A stretch of 63,770 nucleotides of DNA, the filler included, from Chiloscyllium plagiosum (taxonomy: Eukaryota): the NCBI RefSeq assembly GCF_004010195.1. It is 4 parts of one record of this genome, joined end to end, with 100 filler letters (N's around TTAATTAATTAA, not from the genome) between each part and the next. Parts side by side here need not be neighbours in the genome. Positions count along the whole stretch, not along the records: positions 1 to 21,092 come from NC_057716.1; positions 21,193 to 46,878 come from NC_057716.1; 2 more parts are not named here. The stretch is one strand, 5' to 3'. Each line of letters opens with the position of its first letter. The first letter of the stretch is position 1. Below are positions 12,430 through 23,981 of the stretch, piece after piece. A model generated the notes under the pieces. It saw only the letters and a program-made list of their open reading frames with translations. It searched no databases and had not been told where the DNA came from. A program made the position numbers and the translations under genes.

Positions 12430-13480
12430 ATAAGAACATAAAAAGGAACGAGAGTAGACATTTCAGGCCATCAAGACTGCTCTGCCATTTAATAAGATCA
12501 GGACAGATCTGTGCCCTAACTTCATGTACCTGTCTTGGGCCCATATTCCTTGGGACCTTTGCCTTTAAAGATTTGTCCAACTCAGAATTAAATTTAACAA
12601 TTGAATTAGCATCCCTGCCATTTGAGGAACAGTTTTCCAAACCTTAACTACACTTTATGTATAGAAGTGCTTTCTAACAACTCTCTTAAATGGCCTGGCC
12701 CTAATTTCTGGAGTATGATTCTAGAATCTTCAACCACTGGAAATTGTCTATTTTTTAGACAATTGCCTGTCTTTTCCTGTTAATATCCTGAAGACCTTGA
12801 TTAGATCACCCCCAAAATTCCTAAACCCGAAAGAGTAAAGACATAATTTGTCTATTCTCCCATCATAATGTAATCCCTGAGGTGTAGGCACGGTGGCTCA
12901 GTGATTAGCGCTGCTGCCTCACAGCACCAGGGACCCAGGTTCAATTCCAGCCTCGGGAACCTGTCTGTGTGGAGTTTGCACATTCTCCCCGTGTCTGAGT
13001 GGGTTTCCCCCGGGTGCTCCAGTTTCTTCCCACAGTCCAAAGATGTGCAGGTTAGGTGAATTGGCCATGCTAAATTGCCTGCAGTGTTAGGTGCAGGGGA
13101 GTGGGTTGTTCTTCGGAGGGTCGGTGTGGACTTGGTGGGCCGAAGGGTTTGTTTCCACACTGGAGGGAATCTGAGCCTTCCTGAGGTGTGGTTCCCAGAT
13201 CTGTTCAAAGTGGGATTTGTATAACATCTGCATCTCTGTACTCCACTCTTTAGACTCGATGGCCAGCATTCCATTAGCCTTGGGTTTTTTTCTGTACCTG
13301 GCTACGGTATTTTAAAGAGTTAAGCATCTAAACTCCCAAACCCCATTGGACATCCAGTATATTTAACTTTATGACTTTCAAAATAAGCATTGATTGATTC
13401 CTTTCAGCATGAAATAAATAAACTCACATGTGCTGATATTAAATTCTATCTACCACAGCTTTACCCATTCACTTAATCGA
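12430..13480 (-). mobile_element. CR1 LINE 3' fragment interrupted by an HE1 SINE (12885-13170, +)
   Basis: CR1 3' tail at 12430-12650; HE1 head ggcacggtggctcagtgattagcgctgctgcc at 12887. Confidence 0.75.
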
Positions 13481-13858
13481 TCAAAATCCTAACTTGACCT
13501 GATCTTGTATCTGGAGTATTTATTTGGTGGATCTAGTCAGTTTCTGATCAATGGTTACCTACAGGATATTGATACTGGGACATTTAGTGACGGAAATAGC
13601 ATAGTGTTTGAATGAATTGTTGAAGTTGAGTAACATAGCATCTCACGTGGAATGCCTATATTTCCACTGCCAGGGAAATAATACCTGATCTGGGTTTAAA
13701 CTGATTAAGTCAGTGTCACATTTTCAAAGGGTAAGATAAATCATTGCCAGTGACAATGCAATCATAAGACTGATCTGATTTGTTGCAAAACAAAATCAAA
13801 CACTTTGAGGATCTCCAGGGACCTGAATGAATAATTTCTCTTGATCTTTCTAATTGTG

Positions 13859-13980
13859 GCTTACCTTACGTGCAGACGAAAGACAGAAAATTGATCTGAG
13901 TTCAGCTGTGCTGGTCCACAGTTGTGCCAGCCCTCTGTCACATAGACCCTTTTATATACAATTTCCACTCCATTTCACTT
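13859..13980 (-). promoter_or_regulatory. Candidate Pol II core promoter with short non-coding first exon
   Basis: Minus strand: AAGTGAAATGGAGTGGAAA, then TATATAAAAGG (13958-13948), a CA initiator with A at 13925 (31 nt from TATAAAA), and donor AAG|GTAAGC at 13865/13864. Confidence 0.35.
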
Positions 13981-14424
13981 ATAGTGTGAATGCAGTAAAT
14001 CATGTAAGCCTCTGAAAACCAGTCAGCACGAGTTTTTACAGGGAGGGATGGGGGGATTGTGGAAGTTGAGGAGGTTAGTAAAGGCTAATGTATTGATTAG
14101 TTCTGCTATATGAGTCTTTAAATTCAAGTCTGTGTTTCAGACTGGTGTTCTGTTCACAGATAATTAAATCCCAAGTTTTTAAAATCACAAGATCAGCTCA
14201 CATCATAAAGAGCCATTTGTTGTCAGCTTATCAGAACATAGAGTCTTCTCTCCCATCTCCCTCTATTTCACAGTGGGTTTGTATTTGTGGAATTTCTGTT
14301 GCTGACCTCTTACCTACACTCCATTTCCCATTAACCCTCTTCTTCCAAATGAGTGGAACATATATGATCTATCCCCCAGTACCCCCCAACCACCCGAAGC
14401 GCAACCCCTACATTTACCCCTTAC

Positions 14425-14723
14425 CTAACAGTGTGGAAACAGCCCCTTCGGCCCAACAAGTCCACACCGACCCTCCTAAGAGCAACCCACCCAGACCCAT
14501 TCCCTGACATTTACCCCTGACTAATCCACCTAACACTACAGGCAATTTAGCATGGCCAATTCACCTAACCTGCACAGTTTTGGACTGTGGGAGGAAACCG
14601 GAGCACCCGGAGGAAACCCACGCAGACACGGGGAGAACGTCCACATAGTCAGTCGCCTGAGGCGGGAATTGAACCCGAGTCTCCGGCGCTGTGAGGCAGC
14701 AGTGCTAATCACTGTGCCGCCCA
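14425..14723 (-). mobile_element. Full-length HE1-type SINE
   Basis: Reverse complement of the 11643-11962 pattern. Confidence 0.92.
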
Positions 14724-14804
14724 TTGATGCCAGTGTTGGACTGGGGTGTACAAAGTTAAAAATCACACAACACCAGGTTATAGTCAAACAGATTTATTTG
14801 GAAG

Positions 14805-14839
14805 CACTAGCTTTCAGAGTGCTGCTCCTTCATCAGGTG
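14805..14839 (-). ncRNA. Minimal hammerhead ribozyme motif (PLE family B)
   Basis: cac CUGAUGA a ggag cagca cucu GAAA gc UA gug. Confidence 0.65.
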
Positions 14840-15214
14840 GTTGTGGTGTATAAGATCATAAGACAGGATTTATAGCAAAAGTTTACAGCGTATTGCAACT
14901 GAAATGATATATTGGATTGTTTGCTAAATCTCTCATATTTTAGAATGACCATGTTGGTTTACATTCTTTCATAACTAAATCCCAGAACTTATTTTAAAGT
15001 TACATTCTCAAGCGAACTTTAACAATAGGTGACATGTCAGTTCAGATCCGATACAAGACATTCGACCTCGGACCTTCGGGTGACCATCCTCCAAGGCGGA
15101 TTTCGGGATAGGCAGCAGCGAAAAGTGGCCGAGCAGAGACTGATAACTAAGTTCAGTACATGTAGGGAGGGCCTCAACCGGGACCTTGGGTTCATGTCAC
15201 ACTACAGGTGACCC

Positions 15215-15520
15215 CACTGCACACACACACAGTATACATTCACACACACAGTACGCACACACACATACAGTACACATACACATATGCACACACACACAGT
15301 ACACACACACAGACGCATACGCTTATACAGACCCTCTCTCATACACAAGCTCTCTCTCATACACTCACACACACACACACCCCACACACACCCTCTCACA
15401 GACTTATACCTACACAGATACACATATACACACTGTCACATAGAAACTGTCACACACCACCCTCTCTGTGCTCCCAACCACCACACGCACACAAACCCAC
15501 ATGCACACAAACACATATAA
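15215..15520. repeat. CA-rich degenerate microsatellite within the PLE 3' region
   Basis: (CA)n-type runs; TG-rich equivalent at 32260-32505. Confidence 0.9.
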
Positions 15521-15899
15521 GTTTCTGGGGTGAATTTGTACTTGCAAAATTACAATTTATTTTGAAAAAAACCTGCATGAATCCATGTAAGATTCTGTAA
15601 ATCCCTTTTTTAGAAATAGAATCAGTCTGAACATTGGGGCACAGACAGACAGACTTTAACCTCACAGCTTCAATGCATTATCCGAGCTGACATGGCGCCT
15701 ATTGTTAAAGTTCCTTTGAGAATGTAACTTTAAAAAAAGTTCTGGGATTTACATATGAAAGAACTGAAACCAACACAGTATTCTAAATGATTAGAGTCTT
15801 AACAAACAATCCAGGTCTTTTTCAATACATAATTTCGGTTGCATCACACTGTAAACTTTTGTTATAAATTCTGTATCTTACAATTGTGGCCTCCATAAC

Positions 15900-15934
15900 C
15901 ACCTGATGAAGGAGCAACGCTTCGAAAGCTAGTG
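15900..15934 (+). ncRNA. Minimal hammerhead ribozyme motif (PLE family B)
   Basis: cac CUGAUGA a ggagc aac gcuuc GAAA gc UA gug. Confidence 0.7.
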
Positions 15935-16124
15935 CTTCCAATTAAACCTGTTAGATTATAACCTGGTGTGGTGTGATTTTTAACATTGAACTACCTAAAG
16001 GAAGCAAAGTCTTTGAATATTTTTAAGGTAGGGGTATATAGATTCTTGATTAACAAGGGAGTAAAAGATGAAAGGATGAAAGGGTGGTTAAGAAGGAATT
16101 TAGAAGGCTTGACATCATTGCTCA

Positions 16125-16938
16125 CACCTTTTAGTATGGGAATTGAGACATCATGTTGATGTTGTACAGGATAATGGTGAGGCCTCTTCTGGAGTACTGT
16201 GTGCAGTTCTGTCTGGGAAGGATATTATTAAACTGGAGAGGGTTCAGAAAAGATTTACCAGGATATTGCTGGAAATGTAGGGTTTGAGTAACAAAAATAT
16301 GCTGGATGGTCTGGGACTTTTTTCGCTGGAGTGCAGAAGGTTGAGGGGTGGAGTGAGTCAGAAGTCACATGACACCAGGTTACAGTCCAACACGTTTATT
16401 TAAAATCACAAGTTTCGAGAGTGCTGCTCCTTCATCAGGTGTAGTGGAGGGAGGTGCAGTGCTCCGAAAGCTTCTGATTCCAAATAAACCTGTTGGCTAT
16501 AACCTGGTGGCCTATGACTTCTGAGTTTGTCCACCCCAGTCTGACATCGGCATCTCTATGCAAGAAGTGACCTTGTAGACTTCTAGAAAATCATGAGGAG
16601 CATAGATAAGGTGAATAGAAAAGGCCTTTTCCTTAAGTTGGGGGAGTTCAAAACTCAGGGGCATATTTTTAAGGTGAGAGGAGAAAGATTTGGACAGGAC
16701 ATAAGGGGCAACCTTTTGTACAGAGAGAGTGATTAGTGTACGGAATGAACTGCCAGATGAAGTGCTGGATGCAAGTATAGTTGCAACATTTAAAAGACAT
16801 CTGGATAAGTACATGAATAGAAAAGGTTTGGAGGGATATGGGCCAAATGCAGGCAGATGAGGCTAGTTTAATTTGGGAACATGGTTGGCATGGTCTGGTA
16901 GGGCCGAATGGTCTGTTTCCATGCTGAATGACTCTGTG
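16125..16938 (+). mobile_element. HER1/CR1 3' fragment interrupted by a short fold-back PLE family-B insert (~16348-16560)
   Basis: CR1 RPLLEYCVQF and RRLRG|DL sequence split by gtcagaagtcac...gacttctgag inverted arms. Confidence 0.82.
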
Positions 16939-17089
16939 ATATTAGTGGTAGGCAGGAATATGGAGTAATCATTTCTGACCTCATTGAATGGTGAAGCAGG
17001 TTGGAGCGGAGTGGCCTACTTGTATGTTGACACATCCAGCTGAATTATCTTATTGTTGTATCGCCAATTTTCTTTTAACTTTTCCTCTG

Positions 17090-17330
17090 ACAGTCTGCAA
17101 TGGGCACTGTGCTCAATCAACCCTACACTTGCAAACTGAGGACATTGTGAGCAGCGTTAGATGTGATTCTGCTTTTGGACAACATTTCAATAATCCTGAT
17201 TGTATGAATGATTAAATCAGAATAAAATAAGTAATTGTCATACTCCCGGTGTGATTTGTTTATGAGTAGCTCAAAACTACAATGGGTCTGTTTTCTGTAG
17301 GCAAAAGGAACTTTTCCACACATTGTGTCT
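17090..17330 (+). mobile_element. Old Penelope GIY-YIG C-terminal remnant
   Basis: CDSAFGQHFNNPDC...VFCRQKEL resembles SAIGQHL..NP.C...PVLCRQKE. Confidence 0.6.
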
Positions 17331-17384
17331 TTCTCGCGGAGGATACGGATTTGGAGCCAGTCAATCCTTGTTGCTTCCTGTTGC

Positions 17385-19025
17385 CTGTGAAACATTCTAT
17401 ACAGACATTTTTACTGGTTTATTACTCATAAAACACATCTGCCCAGGAGCTCTTACTGATTGAGGCAAGCAAAGCACTGCAGTTAAAACTTAATTTTATT
17501 AAAATACCCACAAGTTAAAGAAACAACTCTTACACAACAATGTAAGTTAATTTTTCCGCAAGCCAGGCAAACTGCCTGATAAAACACATATACTATCCAC
17601 TCTGGTGAACTTGGTTGTGCTGCTGCGTTCAATTAATTGAACTCCATCGACAAGACACTCAGGCTACAACAGTACAGAGGTGGGTCTCACACAGCGTTTT
17701 CACTGGCTGAGCCTTCACTGAGGGAATAGCAGCCAGGTTTTCATCTTTAACCCCCGCTTTCTGAGACATTCTTGAATGTTCTCTGGCTTCGACCAATGCG
17801 GTCACAGGTCAGGAGTAGGTCAGGTTATCCTGACCTTCCCCATCCCCCTTCCAAGATATGATTAATCCATGGTGCCAAAGGACCTGGCCAAACCTGGAGA
17901 ATACACAAACACAACGTCTCTCCCTATTGTTCTGGCTGAGTACCTCTGAATGAGTTTTGGATCATAACAACTCTCCCATTGTTAAAATCAAGATCTCTTT
18001 TCAATATGCAATACAGGTCTGGCTATTGGCTTCAGCCTGTGGTAATCTTAATCTTTTTCATTGCATCAAGCCTTGCTTGCAGAAATTGTTGAGCCAATTT
18101 TATGTTAGACCTAGTTTCTTAGGCTATTGGCCACTTACCTACAATTTCCATGACAATGCTCAGAACAATCAGAGTTGATTTACCTAGTTTGAATTTATTC
18201 AGGTAACTAGATTGACAATTAACTGTTTCTGCTGCATCTTCATAACAGTATGCACCTGATGGGTGTCTTCGATACTGTATGATTCTATGGTCCATGTCAA
18301 CCATATTTCAATCAGTCAGCTCTATCGTCTTCTGCTGTATAAGTTGCTAAAGTTGGTTTCCTGTTTTCAAATCCTGTTGAACATAAGGCAATATATTTGA
18401 AATATATGTCTGTTTACAATGTTCGATTTCCCGTTAGTTTTGTAACTAATGAACAAAATTATCTGAAGAGAATGAAAATAACACACAATTTGAATGACTA
18501 TATGCCTATCCTCTCAGCAGTACCTAGGATCTTAATCTTTGATGCTTGAACTTGGTTGACAGTATGTTCTAAAATGAGTCCTGGAGTCACAATCTTGATA
18601 CTCATGCCGGCAGATCAATTTCAGCTGTTATTCATTTATAGATCCATTTAACTGAACTTGCGCTCTCTAATAAAGCTTTCCTCCCATTGTAAATATGTGT
18701 TACATGTACATACACTTGGCACTGATAACCCTGCCAATGCCCCATTCATTGCATTCAGTAATGAACAAAATCATGTGTAAGTTGCTGGACTTACATGGAA
18801 GAAGGAAATCCTCATCAATCTTCTCAATTCCATGAACTCTATGACTCACTGGAGCCTATGACTCTATAATTCTGTAACTCACTTGAAGAGGAACAACATT
18901 TTCATTATTCAGTTGACCGTGAGCCATCCACATATTCCTATTCCAGTTGTGTCAGACTATATTAGCCACCACTGGGACAAGGTATGTGCGCTGTCTACGC
19001 ATATAGTCTGAATTGTTATCTTTCA
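17385..19025 (-). mobile_element. Highly decayed Gypsy-type LTR retrotransposon (pol remnants + 3' LTR)
   Basis: Minus strand: GIGICGWLTVN (RT IRICGD..LTVN-like, ~18910-18950), RNase H/integrase-like scraps, purine tract gggagagt directly before TGTTATGA (17969), AATAAA at ~17500. Distal LTR end uncertain. Confidence 0.45.
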
Positions 19026-20269
19026 AAGTTTATCCATATGGAACAGAAAGAGGCCATTCTGCTCCTTGTATATTTTCCACCCCTCAGTTAGATCATGGCT
19101 CATCTGTATATTAAGTCCATCAACTTGCCTGGGTTCCATAGCCAATAATAAATCTTCCAAATGTATACACTTGATAGTAACAGTGTGTACTATCAACAAG
19201 ATGTGCTGCAAAAATTCACCAAAGATCTTTACACAGTACCTTCTAAACCCAAGACAACTTCCATCCATAAGGTCAAAACCAGTAGATAAATAGGAACATC
19301 ATCATCTGCAAGTTCCCCTCCAAGCCACTCACCATCCTGACTTGGAAATATATTGCCATTTCTTCAATGTCACCAGGTCAAAATCCTGCAACTCCCTCCC
19401 TCACAGCATTGTGGATGCACCGACAATACATGGACTGTGCCAACTCAAGAAGGCAACTCACCACCACCTTCTCACAGGCAACTGGAGACAGACAATAAAT
19501 GCTGGCACAACCAGCGATGCCCACATCCCACAAGTGAATGTAAAGTAAGAGTATAAATGTTAGTTTTCAACCTTCCAAATAAATCTCAGCCTCAAGAGTT
19601 GTTGGGGTGGAAGGAGTTGTGGAGAGATTGAATTTATGAGTTCCACTGTCCTTTGTTTAAAAATATGTTTTTGAAATTTAGTCTTGTGATGCCTGAGCTC
19701 TGTTTAAATTCTTTCTTGTTGTGATATCTCCAGCAGAGGGATTAGTTCCTGTCTACCATTTGCTTCAATCATCTTAAAAACTTCACCCTTTTAGCCCCAA
19801 CATCCTTCCGGTCACATATGGGTTAAAACTCCTCCAAGGTTAATATATCCTTCCTGAGGTGTAGTGCCCCGGGCAGAATTCAGAGGAAGAGAAAATGGAA
19901 TAAGTGTCATGACAATTTAATAAGAAACTAAGTAAAAACAGGTGGAAGAAAACATTGTTCACTAATATCTTAACTCTCCCACCTGGTATTCAATTGAATT
20001 GTGAATATCCTAATATTTCCTTTTGGAATTCAGTGTCAAATTTTGTTTGATAACCCTCCCATGAAGTGCCTAGAGACATATTTCGATATTAACATCTAGA
20101 ATCATGGAATGACGGTATAATGCCTCACAGCAGGAGGCTATGTGGTTCATTGGTTCTGAGCCAGGTCTTTGAAATAGCTAGCCAATTAGTTCAACTCCCC
20201 TACTCCCTCCCCATAGCTTTGCAAAATATTTCCTTCAACAATGAAAGTTTGTCATAATATCGTTTAATG

Positions 20270-20890
20270 TCATAGAGTTATACAGAGTCATGTAGAATAG
20301 AAACAGGCCCTTTGTGGATCCGAGGAGTAGGGGAGTCGACACCTGGGGCATTAGCCTACCATGTCAATGAACAAACACTGAACTATTCTAATCCTATAGA
20401 CCCGCACTTGGTCCTTAGCCTACCATGCTTGGCATTTTATGCATCACCCTGATGCTTCATAAATATTGCGAGAGTACCTGCCTCCAACACCTTCTCAGGC
20501 AGAATGTTCCGTTCATCCACCACCCTCTGTGTGCAAAATATTTGTCTCAGATCTCCTCGCCTGAAACCTATCCTGCTACTCTTATACATGTCTGCCAGCA
20601 GGAAGAGATGATCATGATCTGTTCTATCTATGTCTTTCATAATTTTGTACATCTCAATCAGATTGTCTGCTCCAAGGAAACTGGTCCAGCCTATCTGGTC
20701 TCTCCCCATAACTCAGATTTTTCAACACAGGCAATATATTGGTGAATTTCCTCTGCACCTGCTCCAGTAGAATCATATCCTTTCTTAAATGTGTGGTAAT
20801 CAGAACTGCATATAATATTCTGTCTGTGGCCAACCATTGTTTTATGTAATGAGACTTCCTTGCTCCGATATTCTATGCCCCAATTAATGA
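20270..20890 (-). mobile_element. CR1 LINE 3' fragment
   Basis: LIEMYKIMK.IDR...FCTQRVV..NILPEKVLEAGT. Confidence 0.8.
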
Positions 20891-20891
20891 A

Positions 20892-21092
20892 GTTGAAAAG
20901 TGTGGTGCTGGAAAAGCGCTGCAAGTCAGTCAGCATCCGAGGAGGAGGAAAATCGACGTTTCGGGCATAAGCCCTTCTTCAGGAATGAGGCTGGTGTGCC
21001 AAGCGGGCTGAGATAAAAGGTGAGGGGGGTGGGATTTGGGGGAGGGGCGCTGCATATACGATAGGTGGAAGGAGGTGAGGGTGAGGGAAGTC
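20892..21092 (-). mobile_element. PLE family A terminal repeat, truncated by linker
   Basis: gtgtggtgctggaaaagc...cagcatccgagg...tcgacgtttcgggcataagcccttcttcagg. Confidence 0.75.
20953..20984 (-). ncRNA. Minimal hammerhead ribozyme motif (PLE family A)
   Basis: uc CUGAAGA a gggc uuau gccc GAAA cg UC ga: intact core, perfect stem II, palindromic ACGU stem III. Confidence 0.7.
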
Positions 21093-21192
21093 NNNNNNNN
21101 NNNNNNNNNNNNNNNNNNNNNNNNNNNNNNNNNNNNTTAATTAATTAANNNNNNNNNNNNNNNNNNNNNNNNNNNNNNNNNNNNNNNNNNNN
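21093..21192. other. Artificial gap/linker
   Basis: 44 N + TTAATTAATTAA + 44 N. Confidence 0.98.
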
Positions 21193-22075
21193 GTGGGGAA
21201 CAGAGCGGGTCCCAGAGTGGGGAGCAGTGCGTGTCCCAGAGTGGGGAACAGAGCGGGTCCCAGAGTGGGGAACAGAGCGGGTACCAGAGTGGGGAACAGA
21301 GCGGGTCCCAGAGTGGGGAGCAGAGCGGGTCCCAGTGTGGGGAACAGAGCAGGTGCCAGTGTGGGGGACAGAGCGGGTCCCAGAGTGAGGAACAGAGCGG
21401 GTCCCAGAGTGGGGAGCAGTGCGTGTCCCAGAGTGGGGAACAGAGCGGGTCCCAGTGCGGGGAGCAGAGCATGTCTCAGTGTGGGGAACAGAGTGGGTCC
21501 CAGTGTGGGGAGCAGAGCAAGTCCCAGTGTGGGAATCAGAGCGTGTCCCAGTATGGGGAACAGAGCGGGTCCCAGTGTGGGGAGCAGAGCGGGTCCCAGT
21601 GTGGGGAACAGAGCGGGTCCCAGTGTGGGGAACAGAGCTGGTCCCAGTGTGGGGAACAGAGCGGGTACCAGAGTGGGGAACAGAGCGGGTCCCAGAGTGG
21701 GGAGCAGAGCGGGTCCCAGTGTGGGGAGCAGAGCAGGTCCCAGAATGGGGAACAGAGCCGGTCCCAGTGTGGGGAGCAGAGCAGGTCCCAGAGTGGGGAA
21801 CAGAGCCGGTCCCCGTGTGGGGAGCAGAGCGGGTCCCAGAGTGGGGATCAGAGCGGGTCCCAGAGTGGGGTTCAGAGCGGGTCCCAGAGTGGGGTGCAGA
21901 GTGGGTCCCAGAGTGAGGAACAGAGCGGGTCAGAGAGTGGGGAGCAGAGCGTTTCAGAGAGTGGGGAGCAGAGCAGGTCTCAGTGTGGGGAACAGAACGG
22001 GTCCCAGTGTGAGGAACAGAGCGGGTCCCAGTGTGGGGAACAGAGCGGGTCCCAGAGTGGGGAGCAGAGCAAGTC
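21193..22075. repeat. 24-bp G-rich minisatellite (~37 copies visible, truncated by linker)
   Basis: Unit GTGGGGA(A/G)CAGAGCGGGTCCCAG(A/T). Confidence 0.97.
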
Positions 22076-23434
22076 ACTGAGGGGGAGCACAGAAAAAGTG
22101 AGCGGGGGAGTCCCAGAATGGGGAGCCAAGTGAGTTAGGGGTTGAGTCTCGGAGCAGAGAGCAGATCAAGAGCAGGGGAAGTCCCATATCGGGCAGTAGA
22201 GCAAGTCATGGATGGAGGTCAGCGGGTGGATGAAGAAGGGCTTATGCCCGAAATGTCGATTCTCCTGCTCCCTGGATGCTGCCTGACCTGCTGCGCTTTT
22301 CCAGCAACACATTTTTCAGCATGTGGATGCAGTCTGGCTTTGTGTTCTCAAAACCCAAAGGGTTTGTGCTCGTGTTGGAAAAGGAGTAGAATGATTTTAA
22401 CCTGAGTACCTGTATAGAAACCTTTTATTCTCATTCTGGACTTTTAAGTGCAGTATTCACATGCTAATTGCTTTTATTACTTCAAATATTTGACAAGATT
22501 TAAAGTATCTGTATCTAGGTACCCTGTACGGTACCAAGAAGCAACATTACAAACCTTTCACTGCACTCACTCAATAAAGGCTATTCTATTCATTGATTCA
22601 GGTTGGCAGGTTTTTCAACTTTATTTCTCTGAGGCCACTTTCCCTTCTGGGGGAGGTGGGTGGGCACAGCAATCAGGACTCCTGGCCAGGGGTCCCTCCC
22701 TGATGAGCTGTGCTGTCTCGAATCTGTGAGCTCAAATGATTATCAATCACATTGTGTCAACACCATTGCCACAATGCAAAAGTAAATTAAAGCAGAAATA
22801 AAACTTCTAAGAAATTAAAAAAATTGTCTTGCATAACAGACAGTTGCGCAGGGCAACAAACATCAGCCCCACAATTACTGTGAGTAGTGTTGCTGTAGAA
22901 AGCCTTAATGCAATTTCATCCAATCTCTCTCTCTCTCTCTCCAACAGTTTATTGAAATGTATTTATTCCCCTAAGGTGCTTTATAAATGCAAGTTGTTGT
23001 TATTATTATTGCTAGTTCAATGCTGCCAACACATTTACTCAGTTCTGATGAAAGGTTATTGACCTGAAATGTTATCTCTATTTCTTGAGTATTGCTGAAA
23101 AAAGTCACAGCTTGTAGAAACTGTTCACCTTGTAACAGTCAAAATTTTAAGAAAAAAACCAACAACAACATTTATACTTTATGAGATGATAGCGCTGATT
23201 GCTTGACAAGTGGACTCTGACTAATAGAGACATTTCATGGAGAATGTACTGTTTAATGATAACTGACAATTAACCACCCAGCTTTATTTAAAATTTAAAT
23301 AAGGCAGACTTACTCTAATTGATCAATACACAGTCCTGAGAAATTGAACAGAATGGCTCTCACTTAGTTTGTTGGTTTGAAAGAGGTGCAGTGTCTTTTT
23401 CTGATTGTAAGGAAAGAACATGTGGAAATATCAT

Positions 23435-23768
23435 TGTGGAAATAGGCCATTTAACCCATCAAGTCCACACTGACCCTCCAAAGAGCATCCTACCCAGATT
23501 CACCCAATCCCTGTAATCCTGCATTTCTCATGACTAAGCCACCTAATCTATATATCCCTAGACACTACAGGCAATTTAGCATTGCCAATCCACCTAACCT
23601 GCACATCTTTGGATTGTGGGAAGAGAAACCGGAGCACCCAGAGGAAACCGAAGCAGACATGGGGAGAATGTGCAAACTCCGTACAGATAGTTGCCTGGGA
23701 CTGGAATCAAACTCGGGTCCCTGGCGCTGTGAGGCAGCAGTGCTAACCACTGAGCCACTGTGCCACCC
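23435..23768 (-). mobile_element. HE1-type SINE
   Basis: Complete head-to-tail match in reverse orientation. Confidence 0.9.
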
Positions 23769-23779
23769 AAGTATTCATA

Positions 23780-23981
23780 CAGTCGGTCCTGCTATAATGC
23801 GTTTCTTCAACACAAATTGACTTTAACACAATTTGAAGAATTTAGTCCACTATTTCCCTACCTGTATTGGTTATAACACATTTCTGGCCCCATAAGTTTA
23901 AACGGTGTGGCTATTTCATGATATTTTTTATAATGCAAGATTGCCCGAGAATGCAAGTATTGCGTTATATCAGAACAACTG
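23780..23981. mobile_element. Tc1/mariner-pogo (Tigger-like) MITE
   Basis: TA|cagtcggtcctgctataatgcg ... tgcgttatatcagaacaactg|TA: imperfect terminal inverted repeats with TA duplication. Confidence 0.7.

Larger units (their letters stand above)
14726..15985 (+). mobile_element. Penelope-like element fragment with inverted terminal repeats (family B)
   Basis: GIY-YIG C-terminus (DLRVTILQGG...RKVAEQRLITKF...GLNRDLGFMSHY, ~15050-15211), CA-rich tract, and ~270-bp inverted repeats (~14755-15030 / ~15700-15983). Confidence 0.85.

Noticed and set aside
15186..15665. His/Thr- and Cys/Val-rich ORFs (also 32247-32574)
   Set aside because: Translations of CA/TG microsatellite-like tracts inside PLE UTRs.
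18119..18304. MS4A/TMEM-like membrane-protein first exon
   Set aside because: Resemblance is superficial, no matching downstream exons were found, and it lies within a probable Gypsy relic. Kept only as a low-confidence finding.
21145..22133. ~300-aa repetitive ORFs on both strands
   Set aside because: Products of a stop-free 24-bp minisatellite next to a gap; open in several frames and both strands, with no unique domains.
20892..22320. A single PLE whose inverted arms enclose the 24-bp minisatellite
   Set aside because: The arms lie on different sides of an artificial linker and family A arms are abundant, so linkage cannot be inferred.
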